Source of the DNA: Chthoniobacterales bacterium
GTDB lineage: Bacteria; Verrucomicrobiota; Verrucomicrobiia; Chthoniobacterales; JACTMZ01
DNA: 64,000 bases
Assembly: GCA_049315725.1 (NCBI GenBank)
Contig: JBMOJP010000001.1
Coordinates: 27,690 to 91,689, forward strand
Reading direction: 5' to 3'
The notes below the pieces were generated by a model. The model was not told the DNA's origin, made no database searches, and saw only the letters and a program-made list of their open reading frames with translations. Positions 9,001-18,108 of the stretch are shown piece after piece (position 1 is the stretch's first letter; each line of letters begins with the position of its first letter). The translations under genes and the position numbers were made by a program.

Positions 9001-9239
9001 GGCTCCTGATCGGCGGTTGGTCGCACCGCGTGTGATTGCCCTCCGGGCACGTCGTAATGCGAGGCGTGGCTGGGCGAGGGCGAGGAGGTGTGTGTTGCCG
9101 TGCCCTCGGGCTGCAGATGGTGGATGAGCAGCAGCAGGCCCATGATGAAAATATAGAGCCCGATAACCGCCCAGATGACCTCGGTCTCCAAGGCGAAGCG
9201 TGGGCGGTGCGGGGCGGATTTTTTCGGCGACTCGTTCAT
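8997..9239 (-). CDS. small single-TM protein with a His/Ser/Pro-rich tail (hypothetical)
   Basis: 80 codons from ATG 9239 (MNESPKK...VIWAVIGLYIFIMGLLLLIHHLQPEG..HTSSPSPSHASHYD). Its TGA overlaps the corA ATG (ATGA at 9000-8997). Confidence 0.45.
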   Translation of the reverse strand: MNESPKKSAPHRPRFALETEVIWAVIGLYIFIMGLLLLIHHLQPEGTATHTSSPSPSHASHYDVPGGQSHAVRPTADQEP

Positions 9240-9294
9240 TAGCAGCCGTGGGCGGCACTGGCACCAGAGCACGAAGCGAGGGGCGGACGGAAGC

Positions 9295-9321
9295 AAAAAG
9301 GGCGTCCCTCGCGGGACGCCC
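9295..9321 (-). terminator. rho-independent terminator downstream of pnp
   Basis: Read on the minus strand: GGGCGTCCC-GCGA-GGGACGCCC, a 9-bp stem, followed by TTTTTG. Confidence 0.7.
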
Positions 9322-9344
9322 TTGGTGTGATTAGTTCTTGCGCC

Positions 9345-11480
9345 TCAGGCGTTGGCCGGCACCGCTTCCTGATCACGGTCTTTCATCGCGGCCTTGCGGC
9401 TGAGTTTGACCTTGCCGCGGTCATCGACCCCGATGCACTTGACCCAGATTTGTTCGCCGACCTTGACCACGTCTTCCACGCGATTGACGCGGAAGTCAGC
9501 CAGCTCGGAGATGTGAACGAGGCCATCCTTGCCCGGCATGACTTCGACGAAGCAGCCGAACTCCTTGATCGTAACGACGGTGCCCTGGTAGAGCTCGCCG
9601 ACTTCGATTTCCTTGGCCATGCCGGAGATGATCTCCTTGGCGCGGCGCAGGCTTTCGCCGTTGCTCGAGTAAATGTGCACGGAGCCGTCGTCCTCGATGT
9701 TAATTTCGGCGCCGGTTTCAGCCACGATGCCTTTGATGGTCTTGCCGCCGGGGCCGATGAGCAGGCCGATCTTGTCCACCGGGATCTTGAGCGTCTCGAT
9801 GCGCGGGGCATAAGGGCTCATTTCTGTGCGGTGGCTCGGGAGCGCTGCGTTCATGACCCCGAGGATGACGCCGCGGGCTTCGGTCGCCTCGTCGATCGCC
9901 AGCTTGAGGATGTCGAGGCTCAGGCCCGGCAGTTTGAGATCGAGCTGAAAGCCGGTCACGCCCTGCGAGGTGCCGCAAAGTTTGAAGTCCATGTCGCCGA
10001 AGTGATCCTCGGAGCCGAGGATGTCGGTCAGCGTGGTGTAGCGCTTAAGCGCACCGCTGTCGTCGAACTCGGTTACGAGCCCGACCGAGATCCCGGCGAC
10101 GGGCCGCTTGAGCGGCACACCGGCGTCGAGCAGGGCGAGCACGCCCGAGCAGACGCTGGCCATGGAGGTAGAACCGTTGGATTCCATCACTTCGCTCGTC
10201 ACGCGGATGGCGTAGGGGAATTCGTTCTCTGGTGGGATGACCGGGCGGACCGAGCGTTCGGCCAGGGCGCCGTGTCCGATTTCGCGGCGGTTCATGCCGC
10301 CGAAGCGTCCGGTTTCACCGACGCTGAACGGCGGGAAGTTGTAATGCAGAATGAAGCGCTTGGTCCCTTCGCCGCCGGCGTAGGTGTCGAGGCTTTGCGC
10401 CTCGTCGGCCGGGGCCAGCGTGGCCAGGGCCATGGCCTGGGTTTCGCCGCGCTGGAAAAGCGCGGAGCCGTGGGCGCGGGGGAGGATGCCGACTTCGGCT
10501 TCGAGTTTGCGCAGTTCGTGCAACCCGCGGCCGTCGCAGCGCTGCTGGCGGTCGAGGATGCTGATGCGGAAGGCTTTCTTCTGCAGGTAATCAAAGGCCT
10601 GCCCGACGGCGAACCCGGTGGCTTCGGGGAATTTGGCCAGGATGGCCGCCTCCACTTCCTTGCGCAGCGTGCCGACCGCCTTGGAGCGGGCGACTTTGCC
10701 GTTGGTGTAGAGGGCGGCCTCGATGCGGTCGCCAGCCACGGCGTAGGCGACTTCGAGCAGGCCGCTGTCCACCGCGAGCGGGGCGTATTCACGCTTGGGC
10801 TTGGCTGACTTGGCGGCCAGTTCGCGCTGCATGGCCACAAGTTTGGCCACCGGCTCCTGCGCGGCGTCGAGGGCGGCCTTGAAATCGGCTTCGCTCATCT
10901 CGTCGGCTGCGCCTTCGATCATGATGACTTCGTTTTCCTTGCCGACATACACGAGGTCGAGGTCGCTGTAGGCGCGCTCCGCATGGGTCGGGTTGATGAC
11001 AAACTTCCCGTCCACGCGTCCGATGCGCACCGCGCCGATCGGGCCGTCGAAGGGGATGTCCGAGACGGTCAGCGCGGCCGAGGCGCCGTTGATGCTGAGG
11101 ATGTCCGGATCGATCTCGCCGTCCGCGCTGAGCAGGAGGGTGATGATCTGGGTCTCGTAGAAATAATCTTTCGGGAAGAGCGGGCGCAGGGGGCGGTCGG
11201 TCATGCGCGCGGTCAGGGTTTCCTTTTCCGACGGGCGGCCTTCACGCTTGAAGTATCCGCCGGGGAACTTGCCGGCGGCAGCAGCCTTTTCCTTGTAGTC
11301 CACGGTGAGCGGGAAGAAGTCCTGCCCGTCGCGGAGTTTGGTCGCCGAGACGGCGCTGACCATGATGATGGTTTCGCCCGAGGTGACCATGACGGCGCCG
11401 TCGGCGAGTTTGGCAATTTTGCCGGTTTCGATCGTGATCTCGTTTTCGCCGATGAGGCCTGAGACAGTTTGGTGTGACAT
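9345..11480 (-). CDS. pnp: polyribonucleotide nucleotidyltransferase (PNPase)
   Basis: 711 aa with two RNase PH domains, a KH domain (IPVDKIGLLIGPGGKTIK) and an S1 domain (GELYQGTVVTIKEFGCFVEV). The start is taken at ATG 11480 (MSHQTVSG). Confidence 0.95.
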   Translation of the reverse strand: MSHQTVSGLIGENEITIETGKIAKLADGAVMVTSGETIIMVSAVSATKLRDGQDFFPLTVDYKEKAAAAGKFPGGYFKREGRPSEKETLTARMTDRPLRPLFPKDYFYETQIITLLLSADGEIDPDILSINGASAALTVSDIPFDGPIGAVRIGRVDGKFVINPTHAERAYSDLDLVYVGKENEVIMIEGAADEMSEADFKAALDAAQEPVAKLVAMQRELAAKSAKPKREYAPLAVDSGLLEVAYAVAGDRIEAALYTNGKVARSKAVGTLRKEVEAAILAKFPEATGFAVGQAFDYLQKKAFRISILDRQQRCDGRGLHELRKLEAEVGILPRAHGSALFQRGETQAMALATLAPADEAQSLDTYAGGEGTKRFILHYNFPPFSVGETGRFGGMNRREIGHGALAERSVRPVIPPENEFPYAIRVTSEVMESNGSTSMASVCSGVLALLDAGVPLKRPVAGISVGLVTEFDDSGALKRYTTLTDILGSEDHFGDMDFKLCGTSQGVTGFQLDLKLPGLSLDILKLAIDEATEARGVILGVMNAALPSHRTEMSPYAPRIETLKIPVDKIGLLIGPGGKTIKGIVAETGAEINIEDDGSVHIYSSNGESLRRAKEIISGMAKEIEVGELYQGTVVTIKEFGCFVEVMPGKDGLVHISELADFRVNRVEDVVKVGEQIWVKCIGVDDRGKVKLSRKAAMKDRDQEAVPANA

Positions 11481-11541
11481 GTGGTTTTCTTGCGTTTGGT
11501 TGGTTGGGTGAACCGCCTTCCCCGCGTCATTCCAAAGCACA

Positions 11542-11575
11542 GGATTCAAGGCTCCCCGAAGGAAGGCCTGAATCC
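11542..11575 (-). promoter_or_regulatory. imperfect hairpin in the pnp 5' leader (candidate processing/autoregulation element)
   Basis: Minus strand: GGATTCAGGC-cttccttcgggga-GCCTTGAATCC, a stem of about 10 bp with one bulge. It lies between the rpsO terminator and the pnp ATG. Confidence 0.35.
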
Positions 11576-11619
11576 CAGGCTGCGGCATGAGTGGCGGGGT
11601 CGGACGGTTCGATGGCAGT

Positions 11620-11650
11620 AAAAAAAAACGCCGCGAAAGCGGCGCTTTTT
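11620..11650 (-). terminator. rho-independent terminator after rpsO (bidirectional A-run/T-run)
   Basis: Minus strand: AAAAAGCGCCGC-TTTC-GCGGCG followed by T9, immediately 3' of the rpsO stop. Confidence 0.8.
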
Positions 11651-11652
11651 GG

Positions 11653-11904
11653 TTACTTGCGAAGATTGAGGCTGTCGATGAGCTTGGTGTAACGCTCGTT
11701 CGCGGTGCCCTTGAGGTAGTCGAGGAGGCTGCGGCGTCGTGCCACCATCTTGAGCAGGCCGCGGCGCGAGGAATGGTCCTTCGCGTGGCCCTTGAGGTGC
11801 TCGGTCAGATGGTTGATGCTGTGGGTCAGACGCGCAATCTGCACGTCCGCACTTCCGGTGTCTTTGTCATGCAGCGCCATGCTGCTTACGGCGTCCTTGG
11901 TCAT
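11653..11904 (-). CDS. rpsO: 30S ribosomal protein S15
   Basis: ...[48 protein letters not shown]... The start is taken at ATG 11904 (MTKDAV). Confidence 0.93.
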   Translation of the reverse strand: MTKDAVSSMALHDKDTGSADVQIARLTHSINHLTEHLKGHAKDHSSRRGLLKMVARRRSLLDYLKGTANERYTKLIDSLNLRK

Positions 11905-11980
11905 AAAATTAGTTGGCCGTGCAGGATAGCCGGGGAATGGCCCGAGGCAAGGGCGAAATTCCACCCGGACCGCGCCGACG

Positions 11981-13654
11981 TTAGCCGAGGCCCTGCGCTT
12001 GCGAGGACGGTCGCACTTCGGGAGACGATGGCTCCAGCTTCGCTCCGTCCGGCGGCGCTATTTGGCCCAGCTCGACTCCGGGATGTTTCTGCCGGAAAAA
12101 TTTCAACGCCCACTCGCTGTCGAAGAGCAAGACCGGCCGGTTCTCTGCGTCGGTGGCCCGGGCCACGCCCGTCGGCAGCAACATTTTTGCGCTGTCCAAA
12201 CCCGCCGGCCCGGGTAACCAGCGAACCATGTTCCATCCGGCCGTCTCGAGGCGGCACTCGGCCCCGTATTCCGTGAGCAAGCGATGGCGCAGCACGTCGA
12301 ACTGCAGGGGCCCGACCGCCCCGAGCAGCGGAACGGCCGTAACCGAGCCGTCCTGATGGAAACGTTGGGCCACGCCCTCCTTGAGCAGTTGATCGATGCC
12401 GGCGCGGAATCGTTTCTGCATCGCGGAGCTGCCACAATGGACGAACGCGAAACATTCCGGCGGGAAGCGCGGGATCTCGTGGTAAACGACCGACGGGTCC
12501 TCGCTCAGCGTGTCGCCAATCTGGAGGTCGTGGTTGCCGACCAGGCCGACCACGTCTCCGGGCCATGCGTCGTCCATCGTTTCACGCTCCCGCGCGAAAA
12601 GGCGCTGCGCGTTGGACAAGCGCAGGTCGCGGCCCGTGCGCGGGTTGTGCGCGGTCATGTCGCGCCGGAAACGCCCGGCGACGACCCGCACGAAGGCCAC
12701 GCGGTCGCGGTGGCGGGGATTCATGTTGGCCTGCACTTTGAAAACGAACCCGGAAAAAGCGGGCGCGGCAGGTTCGACCAACCCGCGGGCCGCCATCCGG
12801 CCCGTCGGCGGGGGAGCGAACTCAAGGAAGCGGTCGAGCAGGAGGCGCACCCCGAAATTGTTCATCGCGCTCCCGAAAAAAACCGCCGTCTGCCGCCCCG
12901 CCCGCAAGGCGTTCATCTCGAACCCCACGCCGGCGCCGTCGAGCAGGTCGATCTCCTCAAGGAAGCGCGCGTGCACGTCGGGAGCCAGCACCCGCTGGAC
13001 CAGTTCGTCGTCTGTCCCGGCGACTTTCTCCGGCGCGCGGAAGGCGCCTTGCGGTGTCTTCTCGAAGAGGTGGACCTCGCGCGCGAGCCGGTCATAGACG
13101 CCGCGGAAGGCGGGTCCGTCGCCGAGCGGCCAGTTGCACGGGGCGGCATGGATGCCGAGCACGGTCTCCAACTCGTCGAGCAATTGGAGCGGGGCGCGCG
13201 CCGGACGGTCGAGCTTGTTCATGAACGTGAAGATCGGCACGCCGCGCTGGCGGCAGACCTCGAAAAGTTTGCGCGTCTGCGGCTCGATTCCCTTGGCCGC
13301 GTCAATGACCATGACCGCCGCATCGACCGCCGTCAGCACCCGGTAGGTGTCCTCGGAGAAATCCTGGTGGCCCGGGGTGTCGAGCAGGTTGACGACATAC
13401 CCGCCGTAGTCGAATTGCAGCACCGTGGAGGAGACCGAGATGCCCCGCTGTTTCTCCAATTCCATCCAGTCGCTCGTTGTGGCCCGCTGGTTGCGCCGCG
13501 CCGTCACGCTCCCGGCCAACTGCACTGCCCCGCCGTAGAGCAGGAACTTTTCCGTCAGCGTCGTCTTCCCCGCATCCGGGTGCGAAATGATGGCAAACGT
13601 GCGCCGCCGCGAGATTTCGCGGACGGCCTTATCGTTGGCGCTGTGATCACTCAT
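11981..13654 (-). CDS. prfC: peptide chain release factor 3
   Basis: [28 protein letters not shown]-domain and RF3-type domain order. About 30 aa of C-terminal Pro/Ser-rich extension. Confidence 0.92.
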   Translation of the reverse strand: MSDHSANDKAVREISRRRTFAIISHPDAGKTTLTEKFLLYGGAVQLAGSVTARRNQRATTSDWMELEKQRGISVSSTVLQFDYGGYVVNLLDTPGHQDFSEDTYRVLTAVDAAVMVIDAAKGIEPQTRKLFEVCRQRGVPIFTFMNKLDRPARAPLQLLDELETVLGIHAAPCNWPLGDGPAFRGVYDRLAREVHLFEKTPQGAFRAPEKVAGTDDELVQRVLAPDVHARFLEEIDLLDGAGVGFEMNALRAGRQTAVFFGSAMNNFGVRLLLDRFLEFAPPPTGRMAARGLVEPAAPAFSGFVFKVQANMNPRHRDRVAFVRVVAGRFRRDMTAHNPRTGRDLRLSNAQRLFARERETMDDAWPGDVVGLVGNHDLQIGDTLSEDPSVVYHEIPRFPPECFAFVHCGSSAMQKRFRAGIDQLLKEGVAQRFHQDGSVTAVPLLGAVGPLQFDVLRHRLLTEYGAECRLETAGWNMVRWLPGPAGLDSAKMLLPTGVARATDAENRPVLLFDSEWALKFFRQKHPGVELGQIAPPDGAKLEPSSPEVRPSSQAQGLG

Positions 13655-13827
13655 GGTTGTGCCGGCGCGTTGACCCGGATGCCCGTCATTCGCCGCTTCT
13701 CCGTTCGCGCGCGCCCCCGACCTTCAAACGGGTGCCTTCATGGCCCCCGCCAAGTCGTCGTTGTCATGACGGTCGGCAAGATAGCGTGGGTTACACCGCC
13801 GCGGGCAGCAATTTTTTTGCTCCCCGA

Positions 13828-14514
13828 CTACGCCCTGCGGGCCAGTCGTTGGCCGACCGTGGTGAAGACGAGCACCCAAAAGCACTGGATGGTGACGGCG
13901 ATCGGAATCTGGAGCAACTGCGGCATCGAATAGACAACCGTGACGCCGGGAACCCAAATCATCCACCCGGCGACCACGATCGGGACAACCTGCTCGATGT
14001 AAAACCCGATCTGCAGAACCTCCCTCCATGCCTCCCGCCGGAATCGCCCCGCGCAGAGGGCGAAGTAGCCGACCATGACCGGGTTGGAGAAAAGCGGACT
14101 GAAGAGGAATTGATCGACGAGCACCTTCGGCACCACCGAGGCAAGGGAGGCCTCGTGGCCGAACCAGGCCGCTTGGTATCGATAAAAAACATCCACGACC
14201 ATCCCCATCAGCCCCCAGCCCGCACCGGCGGCAAGGAAGTTGAAAAAATTGCGGCGCACCAGCCGGCCAGACTGGAAGAAGACGATGCGCAAGATCTCCG
14301 GCAGCAGCGCGGCCGCCAGCACGTAGGAAAAAAAGGCAAAGGCCAAGCCGGATTCCTGCTTCACCCCGGCGACCGCGGACAGAAACCGCCTGGTTCCGTC
14401 GTGGGTGAAATAGGCGAAGAGAAACATCGCCATCAATCCTTGGAGGACGAGGCCGGGAACTATGTTGGCCCGGATCGCCGCGGTGACCGTCCGCTGGATG
14501 GACCGCCACCTCAT
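13828..14514 (-). CDS. polytopic membrane protein, Mpv17/PMP22-like (family call tentative)
   Basis: 228 aa from ATG 14514. It has 4-5 hydrophobic helices and the block VLVDQFLFSPLF...AGWMIWVPGVTVVYSMP, which resembles the Mpv17/PMP22 signature. The longer ORF to 15054 is Arg-rich and overlaps the neighbouring gene. Confidence 0.6.
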   Translation of the reverse strand: MRWRSIQRTVTAAIRANIVPGLVLQGLMAMFLFAYFTHDGTRRFLSAVAGVKQESGLAFAFFSYVLAAALLPEILRIVFFQSGRLVRRNFFNFLAAGAGWGLMGMVVDVFYRYQAAWFGHEASLASVVPKVLVDQFLFSPLFSNPVMVGYFALCAGRFRREAWREVLQIGFYIEQVVPIVVAGWMIWVPGVTVVYSMPQLLQIPIAVTIQCFWVLVFTTVGQRLARRA

Positions 14515-14631
14515 CGGTTCTTCGCCGCCAGAAAAGCCCGCGTCCCGCGCAAGAACTCTGATTTTGCGTAAGGCATCAACCCGGAGTGTTCCAGAAGCTG
14601 CCCGAGTCGGCGAGATGCGTTCCGCAGCACC

Positions 14632-15297
14632 GTGCCAGCGGGGGCGTGGAGCGGCAACCAGCCAGCGGCAAATATTAACTGGTATGAGGCTGCGGCGTTT
14701 GTCAACTGGCTCAACACGAGCACGGGCAAGACGGCGGCCTATGATCTGGCATGGGACGGTTCCGCATGGAGCATGAACCTGTGGAGCAGAGGGCAGGCGT
14801 GGACGGCGGGCGGAACCAACCTCTACCGGAACAAGGACGCCTTTTATTTTCTGCCGAGCGAGAACGAGTGGTATAAGGCGGCGTATTACAACCCGGCCGG
14901 GTCGAACTATTTCCTTTATCCCACGGCGAGCAGCAGTGTCCCGGCGGCGGTGTCCAGCGGGACCAACGCAGGGACGGCGGTTTACAATGGCGCCTCGGTT
15001 CCGGCCATAGTGGACAGCGCTGGAGGCCTGAGCCCGTATGGAACAATGGGCCAAGGCGGCAATGTGTGGGAGTGGAACGAGAGTGCCTGGGGTGAGGGTC
15101 GCGCGATCCGCGGTGGCTTCTGGGGCGACTTCGAGGGCTGGTTGCGCTCCTCGAACCGGGACGCCCTCTTCCCGTCGAGCGAGTTCCGCAGCATCGGTTT
15201 TCGTGTCGCGAGTGTCCCTGAACCCTCGACCTACGCGCTGGTGTTGCTGGGAGCGGGAGCAGTGTATCTCTGGAAGCGTCGGAAGAGTTCCCTTTGA
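14632..15297 (+). CDS. FGE-sulfatase/SUMF1-like domain protein with a PEP-CTERM anchor; N-terminally truncated (possible pseudogene)
   Basis: Contains NINWYEAAAFVNWLN, GNVWEWNES and RGGFWG blocks. The C-terminus is VPEPSTYALVLLGAGAVYLWKRRK, i.e. PEP-CTERM. The frame opens only at 14572 after a TAA, the first start is GTG 14632, and no signal peptide is present. Confidence 0.6.
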   Translation: MPAGAWSGNQPAANINWYEAAAFVNWLNTSTGKTAAYDLAWDGSAWSMNLWSRGQAWTAGGTNLYRNKDAFYFLPSENEWYKAAYYNPAGSNYFLYPTASSSVPAAVSSGTNAGTAVYNGASVPAIVDSAGGLSPYGTMGQGGNVWEWNESAWGEGRAIRGGFWGDFEGWLRSSNRDALFPSSEFRSIGFRVASVPEPSTYALVLLGAGAVYLWKRRKSSL

Positions 15298-15367
15298 TCC
15301 TGGGCCGGGGCAGGCTCAAGAGCGCTGCGGTGTTGCCAGTCTGACGGCTTGGGCGTAGCTTCCCCGC

Positions 15368-15592
15368 ATGCATGCGGTGGTCAACATCGAGGAAACGATC
15401 GGCAAAACGGTGGGCCGGCGGCGTGTGGCCGACCCGCTGGTCGCACCCCCCGGTGACCGTGAACGGCAGCGTGCCTGGCGGGAGGCTGGATTTTTCCCGA
15501 ACATCAAGAAGGGTGTTTACCGTTTCAAGACCTTCGAGGAGGCGGATGACCATTGGATGAAAGCACTGACAGCGGCTCGCCCTCAGAGCTGA
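15368..15592 (+). CDS. small hypothetical protein, candidate partner of the downstream nucleotidyltransferase
   Basis: 74 codons from ATG, ending ...KKGVYRFKTFEEADDHWMKALTAARPQS. It overlaps the next ORF by 40 nt if that ORF starts at TTG 15553. Confidence 0.4.
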   Translation: MHAVVNIEETIGKTVGRRRVADPLVAPPGDRERQRAWREAGFFPNIKKGVYRFKTFEEADDHWMKALTAARPQS

Positions 15593-16074
15593 CCCCGCGC
15601 GACCCGTCGGTCGAGGACGTGGTGGCGCTCTGCCGGGAGTTGAATTCGCGGGGTGCCCGTTACCTCGTCGTCGGAGGATTTGCCATCAAACACGCGGGCT
15701 TGGCGAGGAACACGCAAGACATCGATCTCCTCGTTGATCCGTCACTCGAGAATGAGGCCAGGGTTTTCGAGGCCCTGGCCACGCTGCCGGACGGATGCGT
15801 GCGCGAGCTTGATGCGGGGGACATTAGCCGATTCATCGTGGTCCGTGTGGCCGATGAAGTGCTGGTGGACCTGATGGCGCGGGCCAGCGGGATCGATTAC
15901 GAGGAGGCCCGGCATCATGTGTGCGTGCGGGAACTCGATGGGGTGGAGATTCCGTTCGCCTCGCCCGAGCTGCTTTGGCGGATGAAGCGCCACACCCACC
16001 GAGCCAAGGATCAGGGTGATCTCGCCTTTCTGCGTGAGCTCTTCGCCGCCCAAGGCCGCCAGCCGCCCGAGTAG
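15553..16074 (+). CDS. nucleotidyltransferase-fold protein (MNT/AbiEii/DUF6036-like)
   Basis: ARYLVVGGFAIKHAGLARNTQDIDLLVD (G..G..DxD) and C-terminal LLWRMKRHTHRAKDQGDLAFL. The start is ambiguous: TTG 15553 or GTG 15619. Confidence 0.65.
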   Translation: MDESTDSGSPSELTPRDPSVEDVVALCRELNSRGARYLVVGGFAIKHAGLARNTQDIDLLVDPSLENEARVFEALATLPDGCVRELDAGDISRFIVVRVADEVLVDLMARASGIDYEEARHHVCVRELDGVEIPFASPELLWRMKRHTHRAKDQGDLAFLRELFAAQGRQPPE

Positions 16075-16117
16075 CCGCGACGCGAGAAAACGTTGTCCTG
16101 AGCCCCGCCCCGCGGGC

Positions 16118-16927
16118 ATGTTGTGGGGCATGGTCAAAGTTGCTCTTCCTGCCAAGGCGCTCATCGGCATGGTGCATGTCGGGGCGTTGCCCGGGACGCC
16201 GCGCGGGGAGCGGACGGTGGAGGAATTGGTGCGGGCGGCTGTGCAGGAGGTCTGGACGCTGGCCGAGGGCGGGTGTGATGCCGTGCTGGTCGAGAACATG
16301 CATGATGTGCCGTATCTGCGGCGGGAAGTGGGACCGGAAGTGGTGGCGGCGATGACGGTCATCTGCCGCGCGGTCAACGAGGCGACCGACCTGCCCTGCG
16401 GCGTGCAGATTCTCGCCGGCGCCAACGAAGCCGCGCTCGCCGTGGCCCTGGCCGCGGGGCTTGATTTTATCCGCGCGGAGGGATTTGTCTTTGGGCACGT
16501 GGCCGACGAGGGCTGGATGGACGCCTGCGCCGGGCCGTTGTTGCGCTATCGGCGCCAGATCGGTGCCGGGCACATTGCGGTCTGGGCCGACGTGAAGAAA
16601 AAGCACGCGGCCCACGCCATGACCGCCGATCTCAGTTTGGCCGAGACAGTCCGCGCGGCGGAGTTCTTTGCCGTCGATGGCGTGATCGTGACCGGCGAGG
16701 CCACCGGACGCGAAACTTCCTTCGACGACCTCGCCGCCGCCCGCGGGGCCACCGGGCTGCCCGTCATGGTCGGGTCGGGGGTCACGGCGGAGAATGTCGC
16801 CTCCATGCTGGCGCAGGCCGATGCGGTGATTGTCGGATCGGCCCTCAAGGCGGGTGGACATTGGTCCGCCCCGGTCGATCTCGAGCGGGTCAAAGCACTG
16901 GCCGCCGCGGTGCGGTCCGTCCGCTAA
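16118..16927 (+). CDS. BtpA/SgcQ family (TIM-barrel) protein
   Basis: LIGMVHVGALPGTP..., ENMHDVPY, VQILAGAN and GSGVTAENV blocks typical of BtpA. ATG 16118 is chosen within ORF 16016..16927. Confidence 0.8.
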   Translation: MLWGMVKVALPAKALIGMVHVGALPGTPRGERTVEELVRAAVQEVWTLAEGGCDAVLVENMHDVPYLRREVGPEVVAAMTVICRAVNEATDLPCGVQILAGANEAALAVALAAGLDFIRAEGFVFGHVADEGWMDACAGPLLRYRRQIGAGHIAVWADVKKKHAAHAMTADLSLAETVRAAEFFAVDGVIVTGEATGRETSFDDLAAARGATGLPVMVGSGVTAENVASMLAQADAVIVGSALKAGGHWSAPVDLERVKALAAAVRSVR

Positions 16928-16936
16928 GTTTTCGCC

Positions 16937-18016
16937 ATGGCCCGCATTTTGGTCGCCATGTCCGGCGGGGTGGACAGCTCGGTCGCCGCCCTGCTCCTGC
17001 GCGAGCAGGGGCACGAGATCGAGGGAGCCTACATGAAAAATTGGATGGCCGAGCGCGATCCCTTCGGCCAGTGCCCTTGGGAGGACGATGTGGCCGACGC
17101 GCGTGCGGTGGCGGAAAAACTCGGCATTCCCTTTCGCGTCATCAACCTCATCGAAGACTACCGCAAGCACGTGGTGGATTATCTGCTGCGCGGATATGCC
17201 GCCGGCGTGACGCCGAACCCGGATGTTTTTTGCAACCGTGAGATAAAATTCGGGGTCTTTCTCGATTTGGCGCGGCGGGAGGGATTCGACGGCGTCGGCA
17301 CGGGGCATTACGCCAGAATTGCTGCGGGACCGGACGCCACGCGGGGCCTTTTCGAGGGCCGGGATCCGGGCAAGGACCAATCCTATTTTTTGTCCATGCT
17401 GCGTCCGGAGCAGATTGCGCACGCCTGGTTTCCCGTCGGCGAACTGCTCAAGCGCGAGGTCCGGGCCAAGGCAACGGATGCTGGCTTGGCCACGGCGGCG
17501 AAGAAGGACAGCCAGGGCATCTGCTTCATCGGCAAGGTGCGTATGGCGGATTTTCTCCGGGAGTATCTGCCGGAAAAACCGGGTGCGATCGTTGACCCCG
17601 CTGGTCGCGTGCTCGGCGAGCATCGCGGGCTGCACTACTACACCCTGGGCCAGCGCCGTGGTATTCGTGTCGCTTCACCGGAGCCACACACCGCTTATGT
17701 GGTGGTGGAGAAACGGATCGCGACAAACGAGCTCGTCATCGGCTACGACCGTCCCGAGACGGCGGGTCTCTATGCCCGCCGTGCGGTGCTCACCAGCCTG
17801 AGCGCGGCCGGCGCGGCACTGCCCGAGCATGCTCTGATCGAGGCGCGCCCGCGCTACCGCGCCCCGCGGGTCGGGATCGAGTTCAGGTCTCGCGGCGACG
17901 GCTCGGCGGAGGTGGAGTTTTCCGTGACCCAGCGCGCCTTGGCTCCGGGGCAAATCTGCGCCTTGTATGACGGGACGCAGCTGCTCGGCGGCGGGGTTTT
18001 TTCCGAGATCGGTTGA
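16937..18016 (+). CDS. mnmA: tRNA 2-thiouridine(34) synthase
   Basis: ILVAMSGGVDSSVAA PP-loop, PNPDVFCNREIKF and DQSYFL motifs; 359 aa. Confidence 0.93.
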   Translation: MARILVAMSGGVDSSVAALLLREQGHEIEGAYMKNWMAERDPFGQCPWEDDVADARAVAEKLGIPFRVINLIEDYRKHVVDYLLRGYAAGVTPNPDVFCNREIKFGVFLDLARREGFDGVGTGHYARIAAGPDATRGLFEGRDPGKDQSYFLSMLRPEQIAHAWFPVGELLKREVRAKATDAGLATAAKKDSQGICFIGKVRMADFLREYLPEKPGAIVDPAGRVLGEHRGLHYYTLGQRRGIRVASPEPHTAYVVVEKRIATNELVIGYDRPETAGLYARRAVLTSLSAAGAALPEHALIEARPRYRAPRVGIEFRSRGDGSAEVEFSVTQRALAPGQICALYDGTQLLGGGVFSEIG

Positions 18017-18108
18017 AGTTGTTTTCTGCGGAAAACGTCGTGGGCCCCGATCCGAGGGAACAAGAATTGCGTTGGCGCGGGCGGCCGCCCCGCTCTTTAC
18101 TTTGCTGG

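Noticed and set aside
8035-9264. The full 409-codon corA ORF and other long N-terminal extensions (pnp to 11588, rpsO to 11964, rplD to 31504, fusA to 28178, lepB to 56367, the TPR gene to 48571).
   Set aside because: - The upstream parts overlap neighbouring genes or terminators and are Arg/Pro-rich.
- Internal ATGs give proteins of canonical length with canonical N-termini.
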